DNA from: Eledone cirrhosa
Lineage: Eukaryota
Direction: 5' to 3'
Assembly (NCBI GenBank): GCA_964016885.1
Contig: OZ024740.1
Coordinates: 26,226,001-26,290,000 of the forward strand
Length of the DNA stretch: 64,000 nucleotides
A program made the translations under genes and the position numbers. The stretch's first letter is position 1, and every line of letters begins with the position of its first letter. This document shows positions 15,001-29,480 of this stretch, one piece after another. A model generated the notes under the pieces. It was not told the DNA's origin, searched no databases, and was given only the letters and a program-made list of their open reading frames with translations.

Positions 15001-18000
15001 TTGTGAAAATACGGTATGTAGTGGTGATTGTTATGGTGATTGTTAATATAAGGCAGGTAGTGGTTGTTGATATGGTGATTGTGAAGATGAGGTAGTTAGT
15101 GGTGGTTGTTATGGTGATTGTTAAGATGAGGTAGGTCGTGGTGGTTGTTATGGTGATTGATAAGATCAGGTAGGTAGTGGGGGTTGTTATGGTGATTGTT
15201 AAGATAAGGTAGAAAGTCCTGGTTGTTATGGTGATCGTGATGATAAGATAGGTAGGGTTGGTTGTTATGGTGATTTTTAAGATAAGGTAGCTAGTGGTGG
15301 GTTTTTTGGTGATTGTTAAGATGAGGTATGTACTCGTGGTTGTTATGGTGATTGTTAAGATGAGGTAGTTAATGTTGGTTGTTATTGTCATTGTAAAGAT
15401 AAGGTACGTAGTGGTGGTAGTTATGGTGATTGTGAAAATAAGGTATGTAGTGTTGGTTGTTATGGTGATTGTTAAGATCAGGTAGGTAGTGGTCGTTGTT
15501 ATGGTGATTGTTAAGATGAGGTAGTTAGTGGTGGTTGTTATGGTGATTGTTAAGATAAGTTAGGTAGTGGTGGTTGTTATGGTGATTGTTAAGATGAGGT
15601 AGGTAGTGGTGGTTGTTATGGTGATTGTTAAGATAAGGTAGGTAGTGGTGGTTGTTATGGTGAATGTTAAGATGAGGTAGGTAGCGTTGGTTCTTATGGT
15701 GATTGTTAAGATGAAGTAGGTAGTAGTTGTTGTTATGATGATTGTTAAGATGAGGTAGTTAGTGGTGGTTTTTTATGGTGATTGTTAAGATGAGCTAGGT
15801 AGTGGTGGTTGTTATGGTGATTGTTAATCTGAGGTAGTTAGTGGTGGTTGTTATGGTGATTGTTAAGATGAGGTAGGTAGGGGTGGTTGTTATGATGATT
15901 GATACGATGAGGTAGGTAGTGGTGGTTGTTATGGTGATTGATAAGATGAGTTAGCTATTGGTGGTTGTTATGGTGATTGTTAAGATGAGGTAGGTAGTGG
16001 TGGTTGTTTTGATGATTGTTAAGATGAGGTAGGTAATGGTGGTTCTTATGGTGATTGTTAAGATGTGGTAGGTAGTGGTGGTTGTTATGGTGATTGATAA
16101 ATTGAGGTAGGTAGTGGGGCTTGTTATGGTGATTGTTAAGATAAGGTAGGTAGTGGTGGTTGTTATGGTGATTGTTAAGATGAGGTAGGAAGTGATGGTT
16201 GTTATGGTGATTGATAAGATGAGGTAGGTAGTGGTGGTTGTTATGGTGATTGATAAGATGAGTTAGGTAGCGGTGGTTCTTATTGTGATTGTTAAGATGA
16301 GGTAGTTAGTGCTGGTTGTAATGGTGATTGTTAAGATGAGGTAGTTAGTGGTGGTTGTTATGGTGATTTTTAAGATGAGGTAGGTAGTGGTGGTTGTTAT
16401 GGTGATTGTTAAGATGAGGTAGGTAGTGATGGTTGTTATGGTGATTGTTAAGATGAGGTAATTAGTAGATGTTGTTATGGTTATTTTTAAGATGAGGTAG
16501 GTAGTGGTGGTTGTTATGATGATTGTTAAGATAAGCTAGGTATTGGTGGTTTTTATGTTGATTGTTAAGATGTGGTAAGTAGTGGTGGTTGTTATGGTGA
16601 TTGTGAAAATAAGGTATGTAGTGTTAGTTTTTATGGTGATTGTTAAGATGAGGTAGGTAGTGGTTGTTGTTATGGTGATTGTTAAGATGAGGTAAGTAGT
16701 GGTGGTTGTTATGGTGATTGTTAAGATAACGTAGAAAGTCCTGGTTGTTATGGTGATCGTGATGATAAGATAGGTAGGGTTGGTTGTTATGGTGATTTTT
16801 AAGATAAGGTAGCTAGTGGTGGGTTTTTTGGTGATTGTTAAGATGAGGTATGTACTCGTGGTTGTTATGGTGATTGTTAAGATGAGGTAGTTAATGTTGG
16901 TTGTTATGGTCATTGTAAAGATAAGGTACGTAGTGGTGGTAGTTATGGTGATTGTGAAAATAAGGTATGTAGTGTTGGTTGTTATGGTGATTGTTAAGAT
17001 CAGGTAGGTAGTGGTCGTTGTTATGGTGATTGTTAAGATGAGGTAGTTAGTGGTGGTTGTTATGGTGATTGTTAAGATAAGTTAGGTAGTGGTGGTTGTT
17101 ATGGTGATTGTTAAGATGAGGTAGGTAGTGGTGGTTGTTATGGTGATTGTTAAGATAAGGTAGGTAGTGGTGGTTGTTATGGTGAATGTTAAGATGAGGT
17201 AGGTAGCGTTGGTTCTTATGGTGATTGTTAAGATGAAGTAGGTAGTAGTTGTTGTTATGATGATTGTTAAGATGAGGTAGTTAGTGGTGGTTTTTTATGG
17301 TGATTGTTAAGATGAGCTAGGTAGTGGTGGTTGTTATGGTGATTGTTAATCTGAGGTAGTTAGTGGTGGTTGTTATGGTGATTGTTAAGATGAGGTAGGT
17401 AGTGGTGGTTGTTATGATGATTGATAAGATGAGGTAGGTAGTGGTGGTTGTTATGGTGATTGATAAGATGAGTTAGCTATTGGTGGTTGTTATGGTGATT
17501 GTTAAGATGAGGTAGGTAGTGGTGGTTGTTTTGATGATTGTTAAGATGAGGTAGGTAATGGTGGTTCTTATGGTGATTGTTAAGATGTGGTAGGTAGTGG
17601 TGGTTGTTATGGTGATTGATAAATTGAGGTAGGTAGTGGGGCTTGTTATGGTGATTGTTAAGATAAGGTAGGTAGTGGTGGTTGTTATGGTGATTGTTAA
17701 GATGAGGTAGGAAGTGATGGTTGTTATGGTGATTGATAAGATGAGGTAGGTAGTGGTGGTTGTTATGGTGATTGATAAGATGAGTTAGGTAGCGGTGGTT
17801 CTTATTGTGATTGTTAAGATGAGGTAGTTAGTGCTGGTTGTAATGGTGATTGTTAAGATGAGGTAGTTAGTGGTGGTTGTTATGGTGATTTTTAAGATGA
17901 GGTAGGTAGTGGTGGTTGTTATGGTGATTGTTAAGATGAGGTAGGTAGTGATGGTTGTTATGGTGATTGTTAAGATGAGGTAATTAGTAGATGTTGTTAT

Positions 18001-21000
18001 GGTTATTTTTAAGATGAGGTAGGTAGTGGTGGTTGTTATGATGATTGTTAAGATAAGCTAGGTATTGGTGGTTTTTATGTTGATTGTTAAGATGTGGTAA
18101 GTAGTGGTGGTTGTTATGGTGATTGTGAAAATAAGGTATGTAGTGTTAGTTTTTATGGTGATTGTTAAGATGAGGTAGTTAGTGGCTGTTGTTATGGTGA
18201 TTGTTAAGATGAGGTAAGTAGTGGTGGTTGTTATGGTGATTGTGAAAATAAGGTATGTAGTGTAATTGTTATGGTGATTTTTAAGATGTGGTAGGTAGTG
18301 GTGGTTGTTATGGTGATTGTTAAGATGAGGTAGGTAGTGGTGCTTGTTATGGTGATTGTTAAGATGAGGTAGGTAGTAGATGTTGTTATTGTGATTGTTA
18401 AGATGAGGTAGGTTGTGGTGGTAGTTATGATGATTGTGATGATAAGGTAGGTAGGGTGGTTGTTATGGTGATTGTTAAGATGAATTAGGAAATGTTGGTT
18501 GCTATGGTGATTGTTAAATGAGGTAGGTAGTGGTGGTTGTTATGGTGATTGTTAAGATGAGGCAGGTAGTGGTGGTTGTTTTGGTGATTGTTAAGATGAG
18601 GTAGTTAGAGGTGGTTGTTATGGTGATTTTTAAGATGAGGTAGGTAGTGGTGGTTGTTATGGTGATTGTTAAGATGAGGTAGTTAGTGATGTTTGTTATG
18701 GTGATTGTTAAGATGAGGTAGGTACTGGTGGTTGTTATGGTGATTGTTAAGATGAGGTAGTTAGCGGTGGTTGTTATGGTGATTGTTAAGATGAGGTAGG
18801 TAGTGGTGGTTGTTATGGTGATTGTGAAAATAAGGTATGTAGTGGTGATTGTTAAGGTGATTGTTAATATAAGGTAGGTAGTGTTTGTTGTTATGGTGAT
18901 TGTGAAGATGAGGTAGTTAGTGGTGGTTGTTATGGTGATTGTTAAGATGAGGTAGGTCGTGGTGGTTGTTATGGTGATTGATAAGATGAGGAAGATAGTG
19001 ATGGTTGTTATGGTGATTGTTAAGATGAGGTAGGTAGTGGGGGTTGTTATGGTGATTGTTAAGATCAGGTAGGTAGTGGTCGTTGTTATGGTGATTGTTA
19101 AGATGAGGTAGTTAGTGGTGGTTGTTATGGTGATTGTTAAGATGAGGTAGGTAGTGGTGGTTGTTATGTTGATTGTTAAGATGTGGTAAGTAGTGGTGGT
19201 TGTTATGGTGATTGTGAAAATAAGGTATGTAGAGGTAGTTGTTATGGTGATTTTTAAGATGAGGTAGGTAGTGTTGGTTGTTATGTTGATTGTTAAGATG
19301 AGGTATGTAGTGGTGCTTGTTATTGTGATTGTTAAGATGAGGTAGGTAGTAGATGTTGTTATTGTGATTGGTAAGATGAGGTAGGTTGTGGTGGTTGTTA
19401 TGATGATTGTGATAATAAGGTAGGTAGGGTGGTTGTTATGGTGATTGTTAAATGAGGAAGGAAGTGGTGGTTGTTATGGTGATCGTTAAGATGAGGTAGG
19501 TAGTGGTGGTTGTAATGTTGATTGTTAAGATGATGTAGGTAGTGGGTGTTGTTATGGTGATTGTTAAGATGAGTAAGGTAGTGGTGGTTGTTATGGTGAT
19601 TGTTAAGATGAGGTAGGTAGTGGTGGTTGTTATGGTGATTGTGAAAATAAGGTATATAGCGGTGACTGTTATGGTGATTGTTAATATAAGGAAGGTAGTG
19701 GTTGTTGTTATGGTGATTGTGAATATGAGGTAGTTAGTGGCGGTTGTTATGGTGATTGTTAAGATGATGTAGGTCATGGTGGTTGTTATGGTGATTGATA
19801 AGATGAGGTAGGTAGTGATGGTTGTAATGTGATTGTTAAGATGAGGTAGGTAGTGTTGGTTGTTATGGTGACTGTAAAGATAATGTAGGTAGTGGTTGTT
19901 GTTATGGTGGTTGTTAAGATGAGGTATGTAGTGGTGGTTGCTATGGAGATTTTTAAGATGAGGTAGTTAATGTTGGTTGTTTTGGTGATTGTCAAGATGA
20001 GGTAGGTAGTGGTGGTTGTTATGGTGATTGTGAAAATAAGGTATGTAGTGGTGGTTGTTATGGCGATTGTTAAGATCACGTAGGTAGTGGTCGTTGTTAT
20101 GGTGATTGTTAAGATGAGGTAGGTAGTGGTTGTAGTTATGGTGATTGTGAAAATAAGGTATGTAGTGGGTGTTGTTATGGTGATTGTTAAGATGTGGTAG
20201 GTAGTGGTGGTTGTTATGGTGATTGTTAAGATGAGGTAGGTAGTGGTGGTTGTTATGGTGATTGTTAAGATGAGGTAGGTAGTGGTGGTTGTTATGGTGA
20301 TTGTTAAGATAAGGTAGATAGTGGTGGTTGTTATGGTGATTGTTAAGTTGAGGTAGGTAGTGGGGGTTGTTATGGGGATTGTTAAAATGAGGTAGGCAGT
20401 GGTAGTTGTTATGTTGACTGTGAAGATAATGTACGTTGTGGTGGTTGTTATGGTGATTGTTAAGATGAGGTAGGTAGTGATGGTTGTAATGTGATTGTTA
20501 AGATGAGGTAGGTAGTGTTGGTTGTTATGGTGACTGTAAAGATAATGTAGGTAGTGGTTGTTGTTATGGTGGTTGTTAAGATGAGGTAGGTAGTGGTGGT
20601 TGTTATGGTGATTGTTAAGATAAGGTAGGTAGTGGGGGTTGTTTTGGTGATTGTGAAGATGAGGTAGGTAGTGGTGGTTGTTATGGTGATTGTTAAGATA
20701 AGGTAGGTAGTGGGGGTTGTTATGGTGATTGTTAAGATACTTTAGGTAGTGGCGGTTGTTATGGTGATGGTGATGATGATATATATAGTGGTTTATTGTT
20801 AAGATGGGGTAGGTAGTAGTGGTTGTTATGATGATTGTTAAGATGACGCAGGAAGCGGTGGTTGTTATGGTGATTTTTAAGATGAGGTATGTAGTGGGGG
20901 TTGTTATGGTGATTGTTAAGATGAGGTAGGTAGTGGTGGTTGTTATGGTGATTGTTAAGATAAGGTAGATAGTGGTGGTTGTTATGGTGATTGTTAAGTT

Positions 21001-21825
21001 GAGGTAGGTAGTGGGGGTTGTTATGGGGATTGTTAAAATGAGGTAGGCAGTGGTAGTTGTTATGTTGACTGTGAAGATAATGTACGTTGTGGTGGTTGTT
21101 ATGGTGATTGTTAAGATGAGGTAGGTAGTGGTGGTTGTTATGGTGATTGTGAAGATAAGGTAGGTAGTGGTGGTTGTTATGGTGATTGTTAAGATAAGGT
21201 AGGTAGTGGGGGTTGTTTTGGTGATGGTGAAGATGAGGTAGGTAGTGGTGGTTGTTATGCTGATTGTTAAGATAAGGTAGGTAGTGGGGATTGTTATGGT
21301 GATTGTTAAGATAATTTAGGTAGTGGCGGTTGTTATGGTGATGGTGATGATGATATATATAGTGGTTTATTGTTAAGATGGGGTAGGTAGTAGTGGTTGT
21401 TATGATGATTGTTAAGATGACGCAGGAAACGGTGGTTGTTATGGTGATTTTTAAGATGAGGTATGTAGTGGGGGTTGTTATGGTGATTGTTAAGATGAGG
21501 TAGGTAGTGGTGGTTGTTATGGTGATTGTTAATGTTAGGCAGGTAGTGGCTGTTGGTATGGTGATTGTTAAGATGAGGTAGGTAGTGGTGGTTATTATGA
21601 TGATTGTTAATGTTAGGTAGGCATTGGCGGTTGGTATGGTGCTTGTTAAGATGAGGTAGGTAGTGGTGGTTATTATGATGATTGTTAAGGTTAGGCAGGT
21701 AGTGGCGGTTGGTATGGTGATTGTTAAGAATAGGTAGGTAGTGCTGGTTGTTATGGTGATGGTGAAGTTGATGCAAGTAGTGGTTGTTGTTATGGTGATT
21801 GTTAAGATGAGGTATGTAGTGGTGG
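1..21825. repeat. 39-bp tandem satellite, consensus ATTGTTAAGATGAGGTAGGTAGTGGTGGTTGTTATGGTG, about 560 monomers, runs off the left edge
   Basis: Monomer directly visible; + strand almost C-free; 13-aa periodic Thr-rich ORFs on the minus strand; exact higher-order duplications. Confidence 0.98.
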
Positions 21826-22195
21826 TTGTAGTGGTGGCTGGTGATAGTGTTGGGGTAGTGTTGGTGGTAGTGTTGTCGTAGTGTAGGTGGTAGTGGTGGT
21901 GGTAGTGGTGGTGTAGCGTTGGTGGTGGTGATAGTGTTGATGGTAGTGGTGGTGATGGTGGTGGTGGTAGTGATAGTGATGGTGGTAGTGGCGGTAGTGA
22001 TGGTGGTTGTAGTGGTGGAAGTGGCGGTAGTAATGGTGGTGGTGGCGGTCTTTGGTGGTGTTGGTAGTGGCGCCAGTGATGGTGGTGGCGTTGTGAGTTG
22101 TAGTGGTGAGTTTTGTGTTGATTGTGATTGCGTCGGCGGTGATTGTAGTTGTGATGGTAATAATGATGGTGATGTTCATGATGGTGATGAAAGAG
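21826..22195. repeat. Degenerate (GGT/GAT)n triplet tract at the satellite edge
   Basis: Direct inspection. Confidence 0.9.
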
Positions 22196-22530
22196 AATGC
22201 GTCTGAATAGATGTAGTTGTTGATTGTGAAATCACTGATGTCTGGGAGAACTATAGTCAATAGCTAATTAGAAGGGTCTACTGCATCCATTATTGATTAA
22301 TTTTGATTAATGATCAGTGATTGCCACTACACAACTCTACCTCAACCACTCAACCACTCAACCAATCAACTACTTCACCATAAGTCACCAATACACCATC
22401 TACCCTAACCTTACATGCTAGGACGTTGTTAATGTATACTACATACATATCTCTCAATAATTTACCTGCTATATATAGGATTCCTTGATATCTACCACGC
22501 TGCCTTCCTCTAGCTTTCTTTGTCTATATA

Positions 22531-22633
22531 CAGGCTGTCCTCCCCAAAAGATGTATACAACTTCAACACCATTCTAATAAATATTGCCTGTACCGTTAAT
22601 CAAAGTCTGTATACATTTTTTGGGGACACCCTG
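22531..22633. mobile_element. Tc1/mariner-type MITE (about 103 bp)
   Basis: Imperfect TIRs CAGGCTGTCCTCCCCAAAAGATGTATACA ... TGTATACATTTTTTGGGGACACCCTG, flanked by TA on both sides. Confidence 0.8.
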
Positions 22634-22641
22634 TATAAGTT

Positions 22642-22800
22642 TGAGGGCGGTGAATTCTCAGAGTAGTTACAATGTCGTATAGGATGCTTTGCGGGATTCA
22701 TTTCGTTCTCTGCTCTCTGAATTCAAATTCCGCCGAGGTCATATTTTCGTTTTCTCCATCCTATGACGATTAAAATGTACCAACTTAGTAATGGCGTCGG
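22642..22800 (+). mobile_element. Degenerate tRNA-derived SINE (Octopus OK-like)
   Basis: GGCGGTGAA...TCTGAATTCAAATTCCGCCGAGGTC (B-box-like) resembles a remembered Octopus SINE consensus; related copies elsewhere in the window. Confidence 0.65.
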
Positions 22801-22965
22801 TCTTTCCTCTGTCTCTTTCTCACTTCCATTATTTCACTCTCTAGCCTTCTCTGAAAGAAATCTGCTGTAATTAGAGCTGGAAGGGATGAACCCACCAGTT
22901 TTAAAACGCCATAGAAACGCTGCAATACAGTGACCCTACCACACATTCAGTATTTCGGGACCATG

Positions 22966-23120
22966 CACATAAGCATGACTGTGTGGTTAAGTTATGTGCT
23001 TCAGAAGCACGTAATTCTAGTTTCTTTCCTACTGTATTGTTACTTGTGTATCTTCTAATGTATCCTCGGGTTGTAGAATACCGTATGTTAAGAATTTGCT
23101 AGAAAGAAACTATAGAATTC
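22966..23120 (+). mobile_element. Degenerate tRNA-derived SINE (second family)
   Basis: GCATGACTGTGTGGTTAAG (A-box-like) ... TGTATCTTCTAATGTATCCTCGGG ... GAAAGAAACT resembles a remembered Octopus SINE. Confidence 0.55.
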
Positions 23121-23169
23121 TATGATGTATAAACGTACACATATACATATGTACATGCATACAGATAAA

Positions 23170-23572
23170 CAAAAGTATTAACCATCTTGCCAACAACAAC
23201 CCTGAGGACGTTTTTGATTTCCATGTGTCTAACACACATGAGTATGCCAACAATGTCAGAAAACAGCACAGCTCCCATGACTTTTGGAAACATTTGTTCA
23301 CGCTCAGATTTGCTGAAGCATGGAACAAACTAACTGCATCAGTTCTTAAGTGTCGAGACACTGCATCCTTTAAAACCTCCATGGAACAAACTACCTGCAT
23401 CATTTGTTAGCTGTCGAGACACTTCATCCTTTAAAACCTCCATGGAACAACTCCTTGCGTCAATTGTTAGCTGTCGAGACACTGCATCCTTTAAAACCTC
23501 CATGGAACAAACTACCTGTATCAGTTGTTAGCTGTCGAGACACTGCATCCTTTAAAACCTCCGTGGAACAAA

Positions 23573-23575
<3 letters not shown>
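23170..23575 (+). mobile_element. LINE (CR1/L2/Jockey-group) ORF2 C-terminal relic whose last ~61 bp are tandemly repeated about 4 times
   Basis: Translation HLFTLRFAEAWNKL(P)xSVVSCRDTASFKTS matches the LINE C-terminal WNxLP...SFK motif; CATGGAACAAAC unit starts near 23318, 23380, 23441, 23501, 23562. Confidence 0.75.
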
Positions 23576-23890
<315 letters not shown>

Positions 23891-24214
23891 ACAACTCACG
23901 TGTAGAGATGACATTGTTCTGTAGCTTCAGAAAGTAATTTGTGTCATTTCAGGCGATTAATGTTTACGTTTGTAGCAATATAGTCCATTTTCCTACAATC
24001 TAATCCAGATTTACTTCATCTTTAAAGGCTTTTAGCCCCAGCATACAGAGTCATTGCTCCGGAATAGTTCCTTATCTCGCCTAATAACAGATATCCTTAA
24101 AGATGTTATTACGAGAATTCTCCAAACATACTGTACTACCTAATATATACTTGACGAGTTTGGATATGACACAGTTGAACATCTCACTCACTAAAGTCAT
24201 CGCAAACATGTAGG

Positions 24215-24311
<97 letters not shown>

Positions 24312-24313
<2 letters not shown>

Positions 24314-24426
24314 TCAAGTCGCTGGCTGGACTAAATAATCACACTTGTTTAGCGAATCGGATCGGTAGGGGTCTCCTACATGGATATAAAGTAGTGGCCG
24401 TACTCGCAAACGAGTTGGCAGCCACC

Positions 24427-24430
<4 letters not shown>
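24312..24430 (+). mobile_element. RTE-type 3' tail inserted in (TA)n
   Basis: Near-identical to 42935-43045 (TTTCAAGTCGCTGGCTGGACTAAA...GTGGCCGTACTCG.AAACGAGTTGGCAGCCACCA). Confidence 0.75.
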
Positions 24431-24501
<71 letters not shown>

Positions 24502-24516
24502 TATATATATGTATAT

Positions 24517-25140
24517 AGTTATACTTTGGGAGGGTCATGTTGCCAATATAGAATCTACACACAGAAAAGATGCAATGTTTAGACAAATTACAGATGCAAT
24601 AAACATAAAAGAATTACAACCAAAATTAAATAGAAAATATGAGTGAACAGCAACATCACAACTTACAATTAAGGACAAAATGAAAACACACACACACATA
24701 GAACAAACAGCCAACCAGTAACATTAAAATAAATAAATAAATAAACAAATAGATAAATTAACACACACACACACAGACACCCGGATGTGGCGCATGCGCA
24801 AACTGAGCACACAACACACACACAGAAACAAAATGGCGTAGGACAGAAGAAAGGAAAGGCACAGAAACAAAGAAAGGAATCCCAAGTCACTGAAGAGGTC
24901 ACAGAGTGTGTGACGAAAGGACTATGACTATATATAAACAACTATCTGGTTGTGGAACCAACCAACCAACCAGAAATTTATGAATTTGTAGATTTGTAAA
25001 TTTATAAATTTATAAATATATAATAAACTGAAGTGAAACTACTGGTGCGTGTGTTTCTTATTGGAAACATGACCCTCCCAAAGTATAACAATATCGGTTT
25101 CAACACACGATTTCAGATAAAGAATCTTGCTAAACAAATT
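24517..25140 (+). mobile_element. 5'-truncated Naiad-type PLE: GIY-YIG C-terminus plus pLTR, with a short inverted 5' arm
   Basis: 24560-24646 translates HRKDAMFRQITDAINIKELQPKLNRKYE*, homologous to the end of the 44278-45692 ORF; 24517-24550 is the reverse complement of 25058-25089; tail matches the reverse complement of 43890-43950. Confidence 0.85.
24885..24929 (+). ncRNA. Type I minimal hammerhead ribozyme (Naiad pLTR)
   Basis: AGTCA-CTGAAGA-G-GTCACA(GAGTG)TGTGAC-GAAA-GGAC-TA-TGACT; stems I and II pair perfectly. Confidence 0.85.
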
Positions 25141-25149
25141 CAGAAACGA

Positions 25150-26720
<1,571 letters not shown>

Positions 26721-26934
26721 ATAGATGCACTTCGATCTTACACTGTAACTTCCAACCATTTCTTCAAAGGAAATGTTCCTCTATATGGTATATAACGTTG
26801 TCTGAAAGGTGTGTGTTATATTTTGTCCTCGGTTTCACGGTGAACACTGTAACTGTCTGTATACTGAATAAAAATAATTATTTCACAAATTGTGTTTTAA
26901 ATGAAAAGCCGATGTAAAATTGAAAAATATACTC

Positions 26935-28870
26935 ATACATCACTGATGGCAGTGACCAGATTTCTCGCATTCGGGTGAGATTTTAAAATCACTTTTACCC
27001 TTTTTAAATACATCCCTCTAAACTTTTCATTCATTTTTACTTGCAAAATGTCATCTAGTTCTAAGATCCCCAAATTTATATCCACTACAGTCTGGTTCTC
27101 CCAATGGCAATTGTAATCCACTACAGGCTGCTTCTTCCTTCGTTTCATGTTGAGTACAGAGTATTTGGAAATCACAAATTCCATACCGATGTCACTGCTA
27201 CATATTTGGTTTAACAAATGAGTCTATTTGGTTTTCAGACTTACCAAATAGTTTCATGTCATCCATAAATAAAAGTTGATTTATGAATGGCCCTTGCTTT
27301 CCAAATTGGTAACACATTTTTTTTATTTTTTCTGGGTGTGAGTGCTTTAGTTATCAGTGCTAGAACAATAGTAACGGTGAAAATGAATACCCTTGGAAAA
27401 TACCTCGTTTAATTTCTAATTTTCCCAGAAAGAGGTTCCGTGATTATAACTTGGTTGTCCCCTCTTGCATACTATTTAGCATGGGGTTTGTGGTGTTGTT
27501 AACAATGCCAAACATTCCCAGGCGTTCCTCAATCCAAGAATGGGGCATCATATCATACGCCTTCTTAAATTCAATCCCGATCATAGACATGTTCGTGTGA
27601 TGTTTCTTATAATTCCGCAAAACTGTCGTATCAAAAACTAGGTGATCCTTGGTACCCTGAGACTACTTCCTACATCCTTTTTGATCCCTTTGAATTATTC
27701 GTTCCTGTGACAGAAAATTATATGGCTTCCTGGCAAATATCCCGGTGAGAACCTTCCATATTAAGTTTAGGCATGCTATAGGGTGGTATTTTGGCACAGT
27801 ATTTTTCATACATTTCTATTTGTTCTCTCTTAACAATCAAGATGGCGTACTGCAACTCTCTGGACTTTCAATTGTGTTGCCAATCTTTCCCATATTTCGC
27901 TCCATTTCTTTAACCAAAAGCCGTTCATCCTATCTAGCCCTGGAGCTTTCCAGTTTGGTATCTTGACTTCTTGATCCTTCACATTGCTTGTGCTTATGGT
28001 GGTATCTCCTTGTATATTTCCTCCTAACATTTCTATCTTGAGGGTGGCTATCAACTTCGAATCCTTTTTATGACTCATACTGTTTCCCCATATCCAATTC
28101 TCGAACTCCTTGGCCTTATCAGCATTAGGGATAGCGTCCTTCCCATTCCCATTTTATCCTTCCAGAGTGCGGAATAATTGTTTTGTATTGTTTTGGACCT
28201 ATCTATTCTCCTCTAAATGTTTATTTCTATCCCCTTATCTTCTAGCTTTTCGTGAGAATTCTCTGTCTTAGTTGTTCCATTCCTGTATGGAATCTATTCT
28301 TCCGTATTATATACCTTGTCTAGTGCTTCTCCATCAGCCTTTCCCCAATGTTCTAGCTTCCGCTAAACCACTGCTCAAATTTGCTTAGATATTGCCTTAA
28401 CTGCATTATCGTTTTTCAATGTGTCTTTTCCTTGATGTTATCTGCTGCCAAAACACCCAGATACCTATATCTTCCCCCAGAACACCCAAATACCTATATG
28501 TTTCACCAGAACACCCAAATATATATATCTGCCCCCAGAACACCCAAATACCTATATCTTCCCCCAGAACACCCACATACCTATATCTGCCCCCAGAACA
28601 CCCAAATACCTATATCACTTTTCGGCGTCGATCTCTTTATCAGCTTACCCGTGGTACCTCGATTCCTTTGCTTCTCTTCAATTCACCTCCAACATCACTA
28701 GGACTCCACACGTATTAGCAATAGTTTCCCTACATTGCTGGAAATACGGACAGTGTCAACAAGTAAATTCAGCTCCTCTCGCTTTTCCGAAAAGTTTTTA
28801 TGACATCCTTGAAGTGGAGGTGGTTGATTTTAAGCTCCCCTGTTCCCAGTTCGCATCCGACCTCCAATCT
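26935..28870 (-). pseudogene. R4/Dong-clade non-LTR retrotransposon RT relics (two pieces)
   Basis: Minus-strand motifs KIPNWKAPGLDRMNGFWLKK, PIACLNLIWKVLTGI, QKGCRK, FKKAYDMMPHSWI, RGIFQG.SFSPL, INQLLFMDDMKLFGKSE, SDIGMEF, YLKRVKVILKS; many stops and frameshifts. Confidence 0.85.
28444..28617. repeat. ~29-bp minisatellite (CCCCCAGAACACCCAAATACCTATATCTG) x ~6
   Basis: Direct inspection; minus strand reads as the RT motif RYLGVL. Confidence 0.9.
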
Positions 28871-28914
28871 TTGTATTATCATTATAATTATACTGTTATA
28901 GCCTACGCTAGATT

Positions 28915-29480
28915 TGAACCTTTTCGCTGGGGTTTCCTCACTCTAGGGACCCTAGAAGGGTGAAGGTAAAAGGAAATTTGAACATAAATGGTTGGAAAGA
29001 TACCAAAAAGACATTTTGTCCGACTTTTTGAAGTTTCTGCCAATAAATCCCATTTAATAATAATTGTTTCTTATTTAGGAAAGAAGCCAACAGTTTTAGT
29101 GGGTAGGAGAAAGTCATATAGATTAACTCCGGTGCGTTCCCGGTAGTTTTTTTTTTTTTTTGTTTTTGTTACCCTGTAAGGATGAAAAGCAAAGCAAACC
29201 TCGGCAGGATTTTAACTCAAAATGTAGTAAGTTGAAACGAAATACCACAAAAATTCTTCGTCCATTTCTTGAGGTTTCTGCCTTCCCCAACCCTCAATAA
29301 GAATGGTTTCTGATATAAGCGCAAAGCCAACAATTTGGGGCAAGGGGATATTCGATTAAATTGTTCCCAGTGCATTGCTGGTACTTTATTTCATCGATGA
29401 CCTATAGATGAAAGGCAAAACTTACGTCGGTGGGATTTGAACTCAGAAGGTACAAAGTTTCTCCGACTCTTCGACGTTCC
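28915..29480 (-). mobile_element. Cluster of 2-3 degenerate OK-like SINE copies
   Basis: GGATGAAAAGCAAAGCAAACCTCGGCAGGATTTTAACTCA and GATGAAAGGCAAAA...GGGATTTGAACTCAGAA are reverse complements of the SINE core at 22715-22760. Confidence 0.65.

Noticed and set aside
1420-20079. Thr-rich mucin-like ORFs
   Set aside because: They are translations of the 39-bp satellite, broken by stops and indels, with no signal peptide or unique domain
1-21825. CRISPR-like periodicity
   Set aside because: Monomers are contiguous with no unique spacers; eukaryotic context; no cas genes
1-22195. Telomeric repeat array
   Set aside because: G/T-rich and strand-asymmetric, but contains no (TTAGGG)n run
22642-23120. 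tRNA genes
   Set aside because: Only decayed A/B-box-like SINE heads; no cloverleaf
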